Shown here piece after piece: positions 12,217 through 26,300 of a DNA stretch of 64,000 bases. A model generated the notes under the pieces. The model was given only the letters and a program-made list of their open reading frames with translations. It was not told where the DNA came from and made no database searches. Positions within the stretch are counted from its first letter, which is position 1, and the number at the start of each line of letters is the position of its first letter. The position numbers and the translations under genes were made by a program. The DNA comes from Stylophora pistillata (Eukaryota), in contig NW_019217797.1 of assembly GCF_002571385.2 (NCBI RefSeq), positions 861,856 to 925,855 of the forward strand, written 5' to 3'.

Positions 12217-12640
12217 ACCGCCTCCCGGTTAGCCCAATTGGTTAGAGCACTGGACTGTTGTGCGGGAGGTCGAGGTCGATGGTTCGAGCCCCGGCCGGAC
12301 CAACACTCAAGGTCTTAAAATAACTGAGGAGAATGCGTTACCTTTCTATAATATCAAGAAATGGATAGACATTGTAGTCTTCGCGGATAAGGACGAATAA
12401 ACCGTAGGTCCCGTCTCCTGCATCGATGAATTAGTTAATTTGGTTAGGCAGGGGACATTAAAGAACCCACTCACGAGATTACTGTGATGTGGTCTGGCCT
12501 GTGTACTGGGAATTGGGGGGGAGGGTGCATCTTCAAATAAGTTTCCTTCGATTGTTTGTAAACTGCTGATGCAGTCCGGCCAATTTGCGCAATATTAATA
12601 TTAAATTATTATTATTATTATTATTATTGAATTATTATTA
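12217..12640 (+). mobile_element. Full-length tRNA-derived SINE with Deu/Nin-like body and (TTA)n tail
   Basis: A box TAGCCCAATTGG, B box GGTTCGAGCCC, body GTCTTCGCGGATAAGGACGAATAAACCGTAGGTCCC...GGACATTAAAGAACCCAC, ATT-repeat tail. Relatives at 29993 and 60075. Confidence 0.85.
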
Positions 12641-12997
12641 AATTATCAGAGCTGAATAACGTATGCGCATGCGTTAGATTTTGCCCCGGAAAACGGATTT
12701 TTGAGTAGTTTGCAGGGTTGATTTCCTATTCTGTTGCTTGAAGGCTTTGTTTTTCTTGCCGCTTTCCTTTTTTACAGAACGACCTACAAAAATTTGGTAC
12801 ACCCCCTAAAAATTTTCGAAAATTAATTTTCTCCTTAAAACTTCTGGAAATAGGAAAATGCCTTTGACGAAAACAAAGTTCCTCGGTTTTAAATGTTAGC
12901 CTTTGTTGTTTTCCACTAATTTCGCTAAATTTTAGACCTAGAACTTTTGAGCCCGCGTTGATGAACGCATACCCTCTTCCGTGTTTCAATCAGTTTC

Positions 12998-13024
12998 TTT
13001 GAATAATTGTTTTATTAAAAAAAA

Positions 13025-13062
<38 letters not shown>

Positions 13063-13182
13063 GTATTTCGTGAGAAGAGACCGGATATTACGATGTACAG
13101 ATATTAGATTATGGTAAATTGGCTGATATACCATAATGGCTAAAAGTCTTGAATATCCAATGATCCAGTTTTTAATAATAAC
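12998..13182 (-). repeat. Interspersed repeat homologous to 58233-58532 (possibly Crypton-derived)
   Basis: TTGGCTGATATACCATAATGGCTAA...TCCAATGATCCAGTTTTTAATAA is the reverse complement of sequence at 58236-58320. Confidence 0.65.
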
Positions 13183-13346
13183 CAATAACTAACTAATAAT
13201 AATAACTAAGCGCACGTCTGAGCCCGCATTTCGTACCGCACGTCTCTTTTCATTCCTGTTGGTTTGAATCAGGGTAAAAGAGTGTTTGAATCAGACTGAT
13301 CGTGAACTGTATCAGAAGAGAAACTACGATACCCTGAGACGATTTC

Positions 13347-15842
13347 ATGTTAGTTACTAACTCCAATCTGATATTTAGCCTGCATGACCTGTTAAGAAGA
13401 ACAACTTCAAGGCACCTTTTGGGTATTTCTCGAGATTTATTTCATCCAGTTCGAGGGAAAATGTCTTACAACGCCGTGGAAACACTGGATTCGCCCGAGT
13501 TCAAAAATGTTCTCTCTCCAGAATTACTCACTGTTGCAGAACCATTTCTACAGAACGGATACGACGTTAGAATAGTCGGTGGAGCAGTTCGCGACATTCT
13601 TTTGGGAATACAACCGAAGGACGTTGACCTTGGAACAAATGCTACCCCGGAAAAGATGATTCACTTGTTCAAACAACACAATATACATTTCATTGAGACC
13701 GGCCTAAGCCACGGAACTATCACAGCTCATGTTAACAAGCAAGATTTTGAAGTGACGACTTTGCGAACTGATGCTGAAACGGATGGTAGACATGCAAAAG
13801 TAGATTTTACCCAAAACTGGAAATTAGATGCAGAGAGGCGAGACCTTACTTTTAATGCCATGAGTTTGGGACTAGACGGTAGTTTGTATGACTATTTTGG
13901 CGGAAGGGAAGATCTGTTCAACCGTCGTGTCAGATTTGTAGGCGATCCACAGTTGCGAATAAAGGAGGATTACCTACGAATTCTGAGATATTTTCGTTTT
14001 TATGGAAGAATAGCTTTAAAAGAAGACAACCATGACCAAACAACCTTGAATGCCATACGGCAATGCGCAGAGGGATTGAAAAAGATTGCTGTTGAACGAA
14101 TTTGGATAGAAGTCTCAAAAATTTTGACTGGAAATTACACACCAAGTATTTTGCGCCATATGTATGAGCTTAATGTTTCTCAGTGCATTGGTGAGTGATA
14201 CATAGATACATACTGGAAGAAAGTGTACAGGCTGGGAAAGGTGCCGTGGGTCAGTAGTTAGTGCAGGGTGTATTGCCCTTTGCAGATTAGACATTTAGAT
14301 TTAGATCTAGATTTAGTGCACTGAATGCGTGTTTGAGAGGTTTGAGGTTGTGCCTAGACCAGGTTACTGTGTTGTGTCACTGAGCAAGACACTCAACTCT
14401 CACATTGTCCCTCTCCGCCCAGAAATATACATGGCTACAATCAAACTGCCAGGAAACTTTAAAGAATTCCCAACAGCCTGGGGCTATGTCCTATCAAAGT
14501 GAAAGAGCGATACTCCTGGTTCTCTCTGCTGAATGTAGGATAAGTTTGTGCTAGATGGGTTGTGAGGCTAATACAGGGACCAGGTCAAGTGGAAAGTTAA
14601 ATGTAGAGTAAAAAAAAAAAAAAAAAATCAGTGACAGATACTTGCATGTCTTTCTAGTATCCATTTGGAGTCTTTAGTACTTATTCCAGTCTTCTTACCT
14701 CCCTACCTTCCTTTCCCCATAGAGGACTGAGCCTATACCCCTCTGGCATTAACACATTTAACACCACAAAATCTTTTTTTCTTTTAGTGCTGTGAAGTAC
14801 TTATTTGAATAAGAAAAAGTTAAAATGGTAAAAATACAAAAATTGCACATAAAATCTATCTTGAGCTGAGGTCTAGATACTGCTACTGGTGATTAAGGAC
14901 AATTCACCAAAGTGGAGGTGGCTAGTGATGAATATTTACCTTGCGGCAAAGTTGTGAGGAAAATACCCACTGCTAACCACTAACATTGAGTATACACTAA
15001 AGCAGTGAGACAATATAATACAAAAAGACAATTTTTACCTCTTTGGCTGCAATGATTACAATACTTTTCAGGTGCAACTTCTGCACCCATTGCTCAGAGG
15101 TGAATAGCAAGGGATATTCAGAGTTTGAGAAGCCAATCAGAGCACACCTGGGATGCTTTCCACTGTTTTAGTATATAGTTGTTGATTAGGGTATAGACCA
15201 TGCTAAACCACTGTTGATTTGTTTTTTTACTGAGATAGCAACATAACTACCAATTATGGTAAAAAGCTGTTTTTTCCATATCAATAAATGTAAACTAAAA
15301 GTAGGTGTTGGTGTCTAATTTCAGGTTTGCCTACTTATTCTAAAGAGAGCATGCAGGAGTTGACAAGGGCATGGAGGGAACATAACATCCATCCACTTCA
15401 ACCTGAAACTCTACTTTGTTCCCTTGTCAACAATGCACAGGAGGCTGAAGACCTTGCAAGGCAGTGGAAACTTTCTAATGCAGAGAAAGCCTTGGGCAAA
15501 TTTGTAACTGAACACAGAATACCCAAGCCTCACGAGCATGTTCTTAAGCCATACCAAGACATAATAGTATCAGCACCTAATGAGAAAGTAAGAAGTTTGA
15601 TTAAAAGTCATGTTTTGGAACTCTTACACTACCAGGGAAAACATGATCATGCACAGGAAATAAACACATGGTGCATTCCAGTGTTTCCCATTACTGGTGG
15701 ACACTTGAAAAAGCTGGGAGTCAAGCCTGGACCAGAGTTTGGAAAAATCCTTGGAAAGCTAAAAGAGATCTGGAAGGAAAGTTATTATACTGCTAGTGAA
15801 GCAGATTTGCTAGAGAAGGCTAAATCGCTTAAAACAGGATAA
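13347..15842 (+). CDS. TRNT1: CCA tRNA nucleotidyltransferase (class II), 2 exons
   Basis: Exons 13347-14190 and 15325-15842 (phase 1, GTGAGT/TTTCAG). Motifs GGAVRD, DVD, EVTTLR, RRDLTFNA, EDYLRILRYFRF, ERIWxE and C-terminal FPITGxxL..G..PGP. Confidence 0.96.
14240..14575 (+). mobile_element. Decayed tRNA-derived SINE (second family) in the TRNT1 intron, interrupted by a short retro-insertion
   Basis: Head GGTGCCGTGGGTCAGTAGTTAGTGCA..., then TGTGTTGTGTCACTGAGCAAGACACTCAACTCTCAC, and 3' ATACTCCTGGTT...GGATAAGTTTG. The head module is shared with the SINE at 2371. Confidence 0.65.
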
Positions 15843-16975
15843 TTATTGATCACTTGTTGGTCAGTTATCAAGCACGAATTAATATCAATCACTGTATGTA
15901 AAGATGGTTAGGGACCTAAATTCAATTGTGATCTTGCTCCGATTCTGAACATTTCATCAGAGTTTTTCTGGCATTTCTAGTCATGTAGAAATGACTAATC
16001 TTTTAACTGAGATAATGATTGAAAACCTATGATTGAACACGAACATTTTTGGTATTTGATAACTATGGAAAGTGAATTTCTTTGAGAGATCAAAGCATTT
16101 TACATGGCCCTCACTGATAATATTTTTATGACTGAAGTGGCTGTTTTAAAATTTGTGTATGAATTCAGACTTGTACATAGTTGTCTTCATGTTTCTATGT
16201 ATGTGCAATTTGAAATGATAAGAGAGTACATCACAAATTAAAATGAAGTTGAAAGTTGAGATCCTCCCCGCACATCTCATGTAAAAGAGTAGCATTGCCT
16301 CTATTTTCTGTCCTAACATCAGTAATTGTCAAAGAAAGTTAGCGTTGCTGTTTAACACTTTTAATTTCTAGGGGAAGGAGGGGTTGGGCTCTTCTGAGTA
16401 AGAATTTGTTTTTGATGTAAACCCTAGCCTTGAGGAATATTTTGTACATTCATGTTTGTTCTTAAATCTCAGCCCATTCATGGTCCACAAGTATTTACCT
16501 GGATCTTGAAATCTTTGGTTCCTAAACCATCAAAGAAAATGTCCCCCATACCTTCCCCTTAACTGACACAAATTTTGCAAAATAAAGACTAATATTTGGA
16601 AAGCTACATAACTTTATTCTGACACATTGGTTACAAGATTTTTATCTCTGTTTGTTTTAATAATATTTCAAGGAGAGCGTGATTTGAAATTGTGGTTTAT
16701 GATTTGGAGTAGCTTGTAATCAAATTTGTGGAACCAACAATGAAAACCTCGCGTGACAGAGTTCAATTTGTACATCCCAGACAAGTTATTGCTTTCCTCA
16801 AATAGAGATGACGCATGTGTCACGTGATAAGGTTTTACTCTCACCGTCACTCACAACCAGGAGCGGCTGCTAAATTCTTAAGGGTGTTGAACTTCGTAGA
16901 CCGAAGGTGTAGTGTGTGATCAGTTCATGTTCTGATAGACTTGCTTCAAGTTTTAAAGGCAAAAAGTTTGCCAAA

Positions 16976-17785
16976 ATGTCAAGTGCGAAGGAAAAGCAAT
17001 TGGGGTTACACAAAGTGATCATGGTTGGAAGTGGTGGGGTTGGAAAGTCAGCTCTTACTCTGCAGTTTATGTATGACGAGGTGGGTGATAAGAGCGCTCA
17101 GACTTGACTGTCTTCAGAAGCAGCTATTCCACAGTTTATTTTATAGTGAGTGATTCATGTTTGCCCTGTTAGTGGATAATACTTTTAACCATAATTTGGA
17201 ATTTTTTTATTTTGAGGGAGTGGAACAGAATTTTCTCGTATGCCCATCAAGCTAGTGGATAATTGAAATTTATTTTGTCATAATTTATTTCAGTTTGTTG
17301 AAGACTACGAGCCTACCAAAGCTGACAGCTATAGGAAAAAGGTTGTTTTAGACGGAGAAGAGTGTCAAATAGATATTTTAGACACGGCAGGACAGGAAGA
17401 TTATGCCGCTATACGCGACAATTATTTTCGGAGTGGGGAAGGATTTCTCTGCGTGTTCTCAATCACTGAACCCGAGTCATTTGAAGCAACATCGGAATTT
17501 AGAGAGCAGATTCTTCGCGTTAAGGGAGACGACGAACATATACCTTTCTTGCTGGTTGGAAACAAGGCTGACTTAGAAGATAAACGGCAAGTAACAGCTG
17601 ACGAAGCTCAATCGAAGGCGAAGGAGTGGAACGTAGCTTTTGTCGAAACTTCAGCTAAAACAAAAGCGAACGTTGACAAAGTATTCTTTGATCTTATGAG
17701 GGAAATTAAATCGCGGAAAGAAGACGGTTTGAAACCAGTTAAGGACAGTAAAAGAAAAAAGAAAAAGAAATGTGAAATTCTGTAA
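16976..17785 (+). CDS. RALA: Ras-related GTPase Ral (RalA/RalB co-ortholog), 2 coding exons
   Basis: Exons 16976-17080 and 17294-17785. GSGGVGKS, Ral effector loop [30 protein letters not shown], polybasic tail and CaaX CEIL. Confidence 0.97.
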
Positions 17786-20337
17786 ATCTGTGGCCTACTT
17801 ACTCGAAATATTGCAAAATATTATATGCGAACTTTGTATCTGTGATCCCGTTCTTTATGCACTCCCTTATGGATTGCGGAAACTTTCATTTTCTTCCTTA
17901 TTGAGATACTGTTACGTTTTCTTCCTAGTAATTTACGAGCTTATACCTCCAAGGAGAATGTTTTGATGTTATGTATCACACTGAATACATTTATTTTAAA
18001 AAGCAATTTACCAAGATACATGTTTAAATTTCTAAGTGACCATTACATATTTTCTCCTCTTACATAGGAGGGTTACGAAATTAGGTATGATTTGACTTGA
18101 CAGCTTTGATCATCATCCTGTATTCTCTAAGTAAAATTTCAGAATATTACTGTTATTTCTAAGGAAAAGTAACAAATTGGAAGAGCTTGAGCTGAGGTTA
18201 CAATGAATTTGAAGACAGTTATCAATAATTGTCACAAAGTGTTTATAAATAACAGTGACACGTAAATAATTTATGTTTCTTGAATTGTACATTAAAATTA
18301 TTGACTCAAGCTATTTTAGTTTTTTGACACAGACCACTTTATTTCATTTATCTTACTGTTGCAACTGAATCATGGCATGTTATAGGAATTAAATCACTGT
18401 TGTTTTAGTGTAAAATCAATTTTCTTGACTCTGCTCCACTTGCATTTGTAGATTTACTCAGGTGACATTTTACTGTCTCATGGTATGGTCAATTCTAGGA
18501 AGTGACAATACCATAAGATAAATTGCAGTATTTTATTTCTTATGTATTCACTAGAGTAAAAAATGAGAATCTTTTACACTGTATACAATGTTAATTGTGA
18601 TGATTTTAATAAAAGTAAGGATAATGATGATGAGTCTCTATATAGGGGGCTCACATCACTGAAAAGGCGTATTCTGCAAGGCCTTGTAAAATAAGTTTAA
18701 AACATAAAATGATAAAATACACCAAATGTGTTCATAATAGTTGCTTAATTACATAATTGATTGAAAAAACTAATTGCAGAGGCTAAAAAATCTCAAAACT
18801 GACTTAACTGAATATAGTTTTTCACTCTTTACTTAAAAACAAGGAGAGTTGACTTCTGTTAAAGGACATGCCAATACAGCTGACCTTACTCTAATTGGTT
18901 GAGGTTTGTGGTTTACAGTCTTGCTAAAATTACCCCATGCAAGGTGATTATAATTCCAAAGCAGTAATTCCACTTTTTAATGTGTCTGAAGAAGCAAAGA
19001 TAATTCTTAAAAGTTGCCCTGATAATCACATGCTCAGTGAGTGCTCTTCCACAGCATTCATATCATTTGAAAGTATTCTTTGCATGTGGGTCCAGTCTGG
19101 AAGGAAACAGTCAACTATGTTTCACCTGTAGTCTGTACTCTTGAGCCAGGTGCCACCAGCCTCAGCTATTTGCAGATCTCATTCTTTTCCTGGACAATGA
19201 TATTAATAAAGTTTATTGAATCTGCGTGGTAAACACTTGATGATCTAGTTATGAAGGACAGAGTAATGCGTGTGAACAGCATGCACAATATTGTTTGCAG
19301 TAAGAACTCCGTTATGTTGGATACAAGTGGCTTATTTCTTTAACTTCTATTCAAGTTTAAATTTACGTTTACAGGATACAAGGATCACAAAGCAAAGTCC
19401 CTCACTGGTATGAACTGGGCTTCCTGAACTTTATGTCCATAGATGCTAAAATAATTGTGGTATTTAAGAGATAATTAAAGCTTGCGTGCAGTTCAATTTC
19501 TTTAGCCGTCAAATCTGATGTTGTATTAGCAGCCCAATTAAACATCCATTTCAACACAGAAAATGTCTGTTTAGTCAGAATTTAATAGTTGGTTATCATA
19601 CATGGTTGTGAAAATGTGCCAAGCGACTGAAGCAATTGTTGAGAACTACCAAATCACAGATCCCTCATCAGACAAGTGGCCACCATAAAACAAAGTTAAG
19701 GGAAGAATAGAAGCAGGCTAATTCACAAGCTTGAAAGTAACACTTTCACTTTTCTTTCATCCAGCCTACCCTTTTAGAAGTCTAACCTCCTCAGTTAGTT
19801 CAATGTTTGTTTCCTCTTGCACTGGGCAATACTGTAGAGTATGATGTCTATGTCACTTAATTGTTGTGCATGCATGATTGAATCTGTGGTCCAGCCATAA
19901 AATAAGGAAGGCGAACAAAAGAGACTAGAAGTGTTATTTTGTAGCACCGCTTGGTAACAAGTTCAAAAAACCCAAAATAAGCAATACAGCTACAAGGTAC
20001 TGAAGAATCAAATTAATAACCAGTTAAACTTTTTATTGCCTTATAAAGCCCTGCAGTGGTCAGACATGTTAACAAGTCAACCAGCGTAAAACATGCTGCT
20101 TACAATGGTAACATGATAGTTTGGTTGGTAGAAAAATTACATACTGATGAGAAGACGACAACTTCTCTTCTAGCAAGATAATTAGCAGTTGCTTCTTAAA
20201 AATAAAATTATATCATATTATATACAAGTCTCTGATAGAGTGTAGTGTTGATGACATCTCCTGATGTAGCACCAGTATTCTTTAGGTTGTTAAGCGAAAA
20301 AAAAAAAAAAAAGAAAAACCATTTGCCAAATTCTTTA

Positions 20338-23300
20338 TCACCATCCTTGATAAGACTCCACACCATGCTGTGGACTGGATCCTCTGTTTCCAGCAGTAAC
20401 AGGAAGGTGATCATAATGGGAATCACTGTAATCAAAGACTTCGCGCTTTTGAGTAAAACTTTCTGAGTAACGTTCTCTGTAAAGATAAGGTGCCGACTCC
20501 TCCCTGTATGATCGTGTGGAGGAGTTATTGTAATCTTTGTTACTACCGGTAGCGCCCTCTCCATAACTGTAATGTCTAAACTTATCAGAAAAGGAACATC
20601 TTTCTTGATCTGTAGGAGGAGACAACTGTTCATAATGCACAGTGGACTGTGAATACCTATTTCCCCTGCTGTTATCACTATTTTCCCTTGAATACGGATG
20701 AGGATAATCATCCACAGAAGCACTGTGAGAATTGTTGCTTGATCCTCCTGGATAGTCCCTTGGGTAATCACGATAATATGAATCCTGCAAGAAAGAAGAC
20801 TTCGGGTTGTCTTCAGTATATGAATACTGGTGTGCTTCTTCTCGATCATAGAACACATGTTCATCTCTTGTGGAATACCCATCAGCAGAAGTTTCTTCTG
20901 TCTCCATTTCAACTGTCTCGATGCTCTGTCTGCGAAGAATCGTTGAAGACTCGAGTGATTCTAATGATCTCTCTTCTTGCTCCCCCGTTACTGATAGTGT
21001 AGGAAGACTGTTGGAATTTTCTAGGCTGTCAGCAACAGATCCTCTCCTTGTTTGTTTTGCTAAGCCTGCATCCTCAGCTACTTTCCCCTCTCCTTTGCGT
21101 CTGCGTTTCTTACTCCACATCTCATGACAGTCCTGCCATGTTGGTAGGCTTAAAGAACAGAAAATATGAATGAAAATTAAATTACTTCATTCCATACTAA
21201 GTACAAAAACCAGTTACCTTTATTAAAAGAATAATTAATAAGGAAGCTAGTGAGAGAAAACACTTTCAATGCATGCCTGTGGATTTCTTGGTCTAGTAAG
21301 ATATCTTTGTTGATCCCTGATAGTAGCACCCAAAGATAGAATAATACCTTGGTGGGCTGATGTTCTCACAAACAACATCCTTCAGAAAGGGATGCTGTAG
21401 GGATTCTTCTGCTGTGATCCTCTTCGAAGGATCCAGTGTCAACATGCGGTCAAACAGGTCCAATGCATCAGCTGGCATACTAAAAGACAAACTAGACGTG
21501 TCCCTTAATACTGAAGTGAAAGTTAAGAGTAGAAAAGCTCAAATGTGTCTTTTTCAACTGAAAAAGACAACGCATGATATGACAAGAAATCAAAGTGCAA
21601 CTGACAAGCTTTTTTTTTTTTCATTTATGGCGCAACACTGAAATGATCACAGAAGGAAAAGAACAGATTGAGATGTTGTCTGAGAGCAAAGCAGAGAGGA
21701 GGGCCGCTGAAATAAGAAACTTAAGGGTTGAAAGGACATGGCAGAAGATATTCATTACATTTACTTGATGGGAAGATAAACTGTAAACAATAACTTCAAA
21801 ATTCTCGAGGCAGCATTCAACACACAGGAATTTTATCGCAGGTGACTTACAAAGAAAATTCATCTTTCACTCTTCTGCGGTACTGTTTCTTGGGCTTCAT
21901 TGTGTGAAAGTGTGGCAAATGAATGACATCAGGCCATACTGCCGGTGTTGGTGTTCCACAGATACGGCTTCACATTGAAAGAAACAAATTCTAGTTGCTG
22001 GTATCACAAACAATACCTCAAAAATATGAGAATTACTTTATGTGTTCATTAAATATTTTTGGAATTGATCTCACACAACCAATATTTCATTACTTTTTAC
22101 CTAATCTTAAGTCACGGGTTGCAAAGTGCTTTCTAAGATTATTCACATGCAAAAACTAACAAAAACATTCATTAATTTGGTTTCTTGATCTAACAATTCT
22201 CATAAACTGTATCATTCCATTAATTTATAATTTTAATTAAATCAAGAAGCCCTTTCCTATCTTTTTGGTAACAATATATAGTTGGAAGCAAAGAAAGTCT
22301 TGAAGTAAAGAAGTTTTAAATTCTTTAGATTGGTGGTGGCATATTTCATATAGGGGTAAGGGGTGGAATTTTGTCCACAGAAGTGGAAACAGCTACAGTG
22401 CATGTCTTGATCTACTTGTCTCAAACGGCAGGTTAAACAATGTGTGTTTCTCTCCTCACCTGATTAGTTCAAGCTGACCTATCTCCTGTAATGCAGGAAA
22501 TATTGGTTTCTTGGTGAATAGTTCCCCCAGTATACACCTGAGAAAGAGAAACAAAAAGTGAAAGCAAGAAGTTAGATAAATATGACAATTAATAATTGTA
22601 AAGGAGTACAAGAGTGCTCCAGGAGAGTGACTTGGTTCAATAGTGGTCAATCTATCTAAAAACTGTACCAAACCTTATCCAGTTATGTAATGAAATTAGA
22701 TGGCATATCTAAGTATTTTCTACATACCCCACACTCCAGATGTCTATGCCAGGCCCATAGCGTTCTTCTCCCAGTAACAGTTCTGGTGGTCTGTACCACA
22801 ATGTGATGACCTTATTTGTGTATGGCCTCCTAAATACAACAAAAGTTTCAAATTAAAGAAAAAAATTTATTATATTCAGAAATGTATCAAAAAAATGTCT
22901 ATTAATACTAGTAATTTTTACACCAGTGCCAAAACAAAAACCACTATGGATACCTTATTGTGTTTATATACTTTTCAATTCTAAAAGATTGCAATTTGCT
23001 TGACTTGGATCTATCCATTCAATTAGTGTTTCCTCGATGAAACATAAATGTTTATCATCTCGCAAACGCATTTTAATTGCTAAAAATAAATCTATTTTGT
23101 TGTTGTTTTTGTTAATATTATCTTCCTTATGAAATAATTTGAATTTTGATGGCTAGTCAGGCAACTGAAAGGTAATGGTTTATTTTTAAGAAATGCCATG
23201 CAAAGTTAGTATTACATGATAGGAGAGCGGCTATGTTCTTGTCAACTGCTTATATCATTTTATATTTTAACACCAAATTCTTTGTCTATTGGGTGGACAT

Positions 23301-26300
23301 CAGTAGAGACAACTTATCTTAGGTAAGAAAGGGGTAACATTGCATAATATGACTGCACCTTTCATCTGCCTCGTACAATCTTGCTAATCCAAAATCAGCC
23401 AGCTTTAATTCTCCTCTGCAAAGACACAGACATTTTCAATTCACAATGTAGACTAACAAGTTTAAGTTCATAAATAAATAAAGGGGGTACATTTCTGTGG
23501 TGTTGCATAAGTGGCGAATATTTCAAGATAATTTGATTTTATCAATCGAGTTGCTACTGCAAATTGGCGAGTTGAAAAGAGTTTCTAAGGCTGACATTTT
23601 GAGTGTTAACCATTCTTTCTGACAAAGGGCTGACACTCAAAATGTGGGCTTGAGAAACTCTTTACTGTGGCCAATTTACATAATCAGCTAAATTGATAAA
23701 TCCAAACTATCAGTTCTTGTAAGTTCATAAATGACGGGTTACCTCAATTCAATAGGAGAATTTTCAAAAGTGTTAAGCCAAACTTGGTCACATCTTTTGT
23801 GCTTTTTAAAATTTAATTTTTTTCAATCTCATTCATCAATTGCTCACCTCACACAAGGTGATTAGCACGAGATAAGACACAACCCTCCACCAATAAGAGC
23901 ACACGCATCTCTATAACCACCCAAACAATAGTCCTTTTTACAGTTCCAGGTGTCATATTGGATTTGTAACCGTGCAAACATAATGGCGAGGCTAGTGTTG
24001 AGTGGCATTACTAGTCTTAGAGAGATTACAGTGAAATGTGGCAGCACTCTGTTGTTTTCATCAAGATATTTTGACAATGAATGACACTTTCCCTATGCAG
24101 GATACCGTGTCTTTTTCTTCGAAAAGAGGAAGACACTGTGCCACCTTTAATTGTGTTACTAGCTATTAAGATGCTAAAGGCAATCCAACAGGCCTCTATT
24201 TCTTCTCGTTTCCGAAGGACGTCCAGCGGTGAAACTGGTAGGGCAATCTCATGAAGCGCCAGCATGGAAAGGACAGATTCTTCATCAGAAAATGAACTTT
24301 TTTATGCTCAGAACATTTAAAAAAAGAAGACATCCATGTGACTTTTGTGTGGAAACAACAAGGTAATTGTAAAGCTGAATGAAATTCATCTCACATAAAT
24401 TACGGAGATCACTTGACCAACCAAGGGCTGAAATCCTTACCATAGTTACTTCCTATTTAAAGTTACTCTGGTTTTGTTCTAGGTCCTGGACATCTGCAAG
24501 AAGCTCTCCGTTTTCTCCACCACTCGATGGAAGGATGTGTCACATCAGCAAAGCATAAACTTTCGACACTAAGTCCGCCCAGTGATTCTGAGATCTTTTG
24601 TTTTGAGTTTCTGGTTATCATCTAAAGATGAAATTTCTATATTGCTGTATTTAAGAACCATTTTGAAGGAAGAACTCGCATTAAAAGTGCATTATAACGC
24701 AAAACATCAGCAGATCAGGTGTTTGGAAGAACAGCCAGGTCAACACTAGCCTCACTATCATGTTTGCGTGGTTACAAATCAAATATGGTGCCTGGAACTG
24801 TAAAAAGGGCTATTACACTATTCAATTCAAGTTAACTCGTCATAATAATAAACAAAGTAAAATAGAACCAAGAGTAAGTAAAAAAGCCCACCAGCCTGCC
24901 ACATAAAAGAAAATGTCGAAAGATACTATACATACTTGTTGCTCAGCAAAATATTGGAGCATTTAATATCTCGGTGAAGAAAATTTTTGCGATGACAGTA
25001 ACTGAGGCCATCTAAAAGCTGTTTTGTGAAGGACTTGATGTGATCTTCCGTAAAATGAACCAAGCCAGATTCCAGTACACCCATCAGATCATGATCCAGG
25101 TATTCAAACACAAGATAAAACCCACCTGACATCAAGCAATAGATAAATCATTGGCATCATAAATTCAGTAAAAAGTTATTAACATTGTCACAATTCCATT
25201 CTTTTGAAACATTTATATTTTGCATAGAATGTGTACTGAATGAAGGAGAAAAGCTAATCACCAGAATCAATATCTCACTCACCTTTATCTTTTCGGAAAT
25301 CAAGAGCATTTGGTTTGTCTGTAACAATTTCTTTCAAGTTCACAATATTGTGATGATTCAGCTGACGAAGGATTTTGATCTCTCTCACTGCTGTAATAGG
25401 AAAACCTTCCTTCTCATTGTCAGTGCGTACTTTTTTCAGGGCAACCAGTTCCCCTGTTCATATAACAAGAACATTTCCTTAAATCCCATGATTAGCAGAC
25501 TGGATTCAATTTTTATTTGGTTTATAGGCTTCAAGTTGAGATGAAATTGGGCCAATTAACCTCCAATTCTAGATTTGTGTTTACCTATGTTAAAGACCTA
25601 TGATAATTTGACCCAAAATGAAAAAAAAAATGGACTTGAACATTTATGTGATTAGCCAATCAAATGTTCAAAATTTCTTGGCTTATATCATGAGTATGGT
25701 AACTTAGTCCAATAATTTACAACAAAGTTTAACTTCAGTATGAAAACAGTCAAGAAAAGTGGAGACTGGTTCACATTTAAGAGAAAACAGTTTTCACTGA
25801 GTGTTACATCCACGCATAAATACCTGTTATCTTGTCCTTTGCTTTATAAACTTGCCCATATGTTCCTTCTCCAACTTGATCAATGATCTGAAACATGTCA
25901 ACACACCTTTCTCCCCATTCACTCTCAGCTGGAGTCTTTGGAGTGGTATCTGGTGTTGACAGTGGTGTTTCACTCTGACTGCTTGGCCCTGAAACTGAGG
26001 GCAATCCAGAGCCATCTGTATCCTTTAAAGGGCGTAATGGAGGAAAGGAATGCTGTGAAGACTTGGGAGATTCAGGAAGTTTTCCTCCTGGGGAGCGTGG
26101 CGAGTAAGAAGTAGGAGATTCACCTGGAGTACCAGGAAGTTCTGGTGGTAAAGGTAGTGGTGGTAAAGTAGGGGCAGGAGGAGGAGGTGGCCTCTCTTCA
26201 TCTGGAGGTAAAGGAGGTGGCTCCTCGCTAGGAAGAGGTGGTGGCACTGGCTCATTCAAAGGAGGAAGTGGAAGAGCTGGTATTGATTCACTTTGCGTTG

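Noticed and set aside
12217-12300. Possible tRNA genes (also 2371 and 60260-60335)
   Set aside because: There is no proper acceptor stem or terminator, and each runs into a repeated SINE body.
17786-20337. Hidden gene between Ral and CDK12/13
   Set aside because: Only short ORFs are present, and the region is consistent with convergent 3' UTRs.
20208-20912. 234-aa ORF overlapping the last CDK12/13 exon in another frame
   Set aside because: It has a non-ATG start, and the Ile/Thr/Met-rich composition is what a shifted reading of Asp/Tyr/Ser-rich codons produces. It runs into a poly-T tract.
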